DNA from: Octopus sinensis | Lineage: Eukaryota | NCBI RefSeq assembly: GCF_006345805.1 | Contig: NC_043006.1 | Coordinates: 44,764,001 to 44,828,000, forward strand | Direction: 5' to 3' | Length of the DNA: 64,000 bases | Part shown: positions 62,987 through 64,000 of the stretch, in pieces | Numbering within the stretch: position 1 is the stretch's first letter | Layout of the letters: each line of letters starts with the position of its first letter | Program-made: the position numbers and the translations under genes | Notes under the pieces: model-generated | Database searches by the model: none | Seen by the model: the letters and a program-made list of their open reading frames with translations, nothing else | What the model was told of the DNA's origin: nothing

Positions 62987-63134
62987 TATAAAATCACCCC
63001 ACATTATTTTATGGTTAATACCATTAAAGAATTCTGGTGTATCTAAGTTAGTACCATATTCATTTGAATTCATTGGAATTCACTTGAATCTTAATTGTTT
63101 TTGCTGTATGTGTATATATATGTATGTATGTATG

Positions 63135-63176
<42 letters not shown>

Positions 63177-63573
63177 ATATATATATCTATATATATATAT
63201 ATATATTATATATATATATATATATATTATACATACGCGTGCCCGTGTGCACACCTAAATTATATAAGTTTATGAAGACGGATCTAAATTTTGAGACAAG
63301 TCTTCCTTCGTCTGCTACTCGAGGGAAAAACGCGTTTCCAGCTCTGATTTGTTTCTTCCTACTCTTCGTTTGCTGTTAGACGAAGAGTATCTTTTACTCA
63401 AATTATCCAAGCTATTTAAATTATCCAAGCTGGAGACGATGTCTTCTGGGGCTAAATTACAGCAGCATTCGTCCTAAACTAGGACTGCCATGTTATGGTA
63501 GCAAACAATCTTTACTCCAAAGTACTGTTGCTGAATTTCTCTTGTTGTCAGATTTAAAAATAGTAATTTTCTA

Positions 63574-63643
<70 letters not shown>

Positions 63644-64000
63644 CTTTTATGTTAAATAGTTACATTATATAGCAGTATGCCCGAGGATAGGACGTTTGCT
63701 CGGTTTTTGTTTTTTTAGTTGTGCTTTAAACGGCACACTTTGATGTCGCATTAACAAAGTTTTGACAGTTTCAATTCTTTTGAAAAGTAAAAGTTTTGCA
63801 TTATGTAGCTTGTTACTCTCTTTAAGTGAACATTTTTCTGGTTGAAATACACCGAAAAATGGCGACACAGCAGTCAAAAATCGTAAAAAATAGGAATTTT
63901 CATAGAAAAAAAGCACCTTTTTGATGTAAATAGTTTTTGGTGTTAACATGGTCCAATTTGAATTTTTTCTTCTATGGAATGAAGAGCAAGCCTTCTTCTA

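Overview
Repeat-saturated, AT-rich eukaryotic genomic DNA, most likely cephalopod (Octopus-like, inferred from the tRNA-derived SINE families and very dense (TA)n/(CA)n/(CATA)n/(CTAT)n microsatellites). There is one 100-N gap. Most long ORFs in the track are microsatellite or minisatellite artefacts. Recognisable mobile DNA: two large CR1-clade LINEs (35960-37946 +, 50137-53580 -); smaller CR1, RTE, L1/Tx1-like and restriction-endonuclease-type LINE relics; Tc1/mariner relics of three catalytic classes (DD34D, DD37D, DD41D); a Helitron/Helentron 3' end; fold-back MITEs; and about 40 copies of four SINE families (called A, B, C, E here). One candidate host gene lies on the minus strand: CCAAT boxes near 60.2 kb, a signal-peptide exon at 59345-59403, and a phase-compatible second exon present three times in tandem (55139-56223). 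The most interesting signals are this triplicated exon, a SINE-LINE pair sharing a 3' stem-loop with covarying bases, LINE insertions that repeatedly abut (TA)n, hammerhead-like cores inside recurrent fold-backs, SINE tandem arrays sharing one junction, a minisatellite expanded inside a mariner TIR, a 5'-inverted RTE, and two near-perfect long inverted duplications. Coordinates were read by eye and may be a few bases off. No database search was run.
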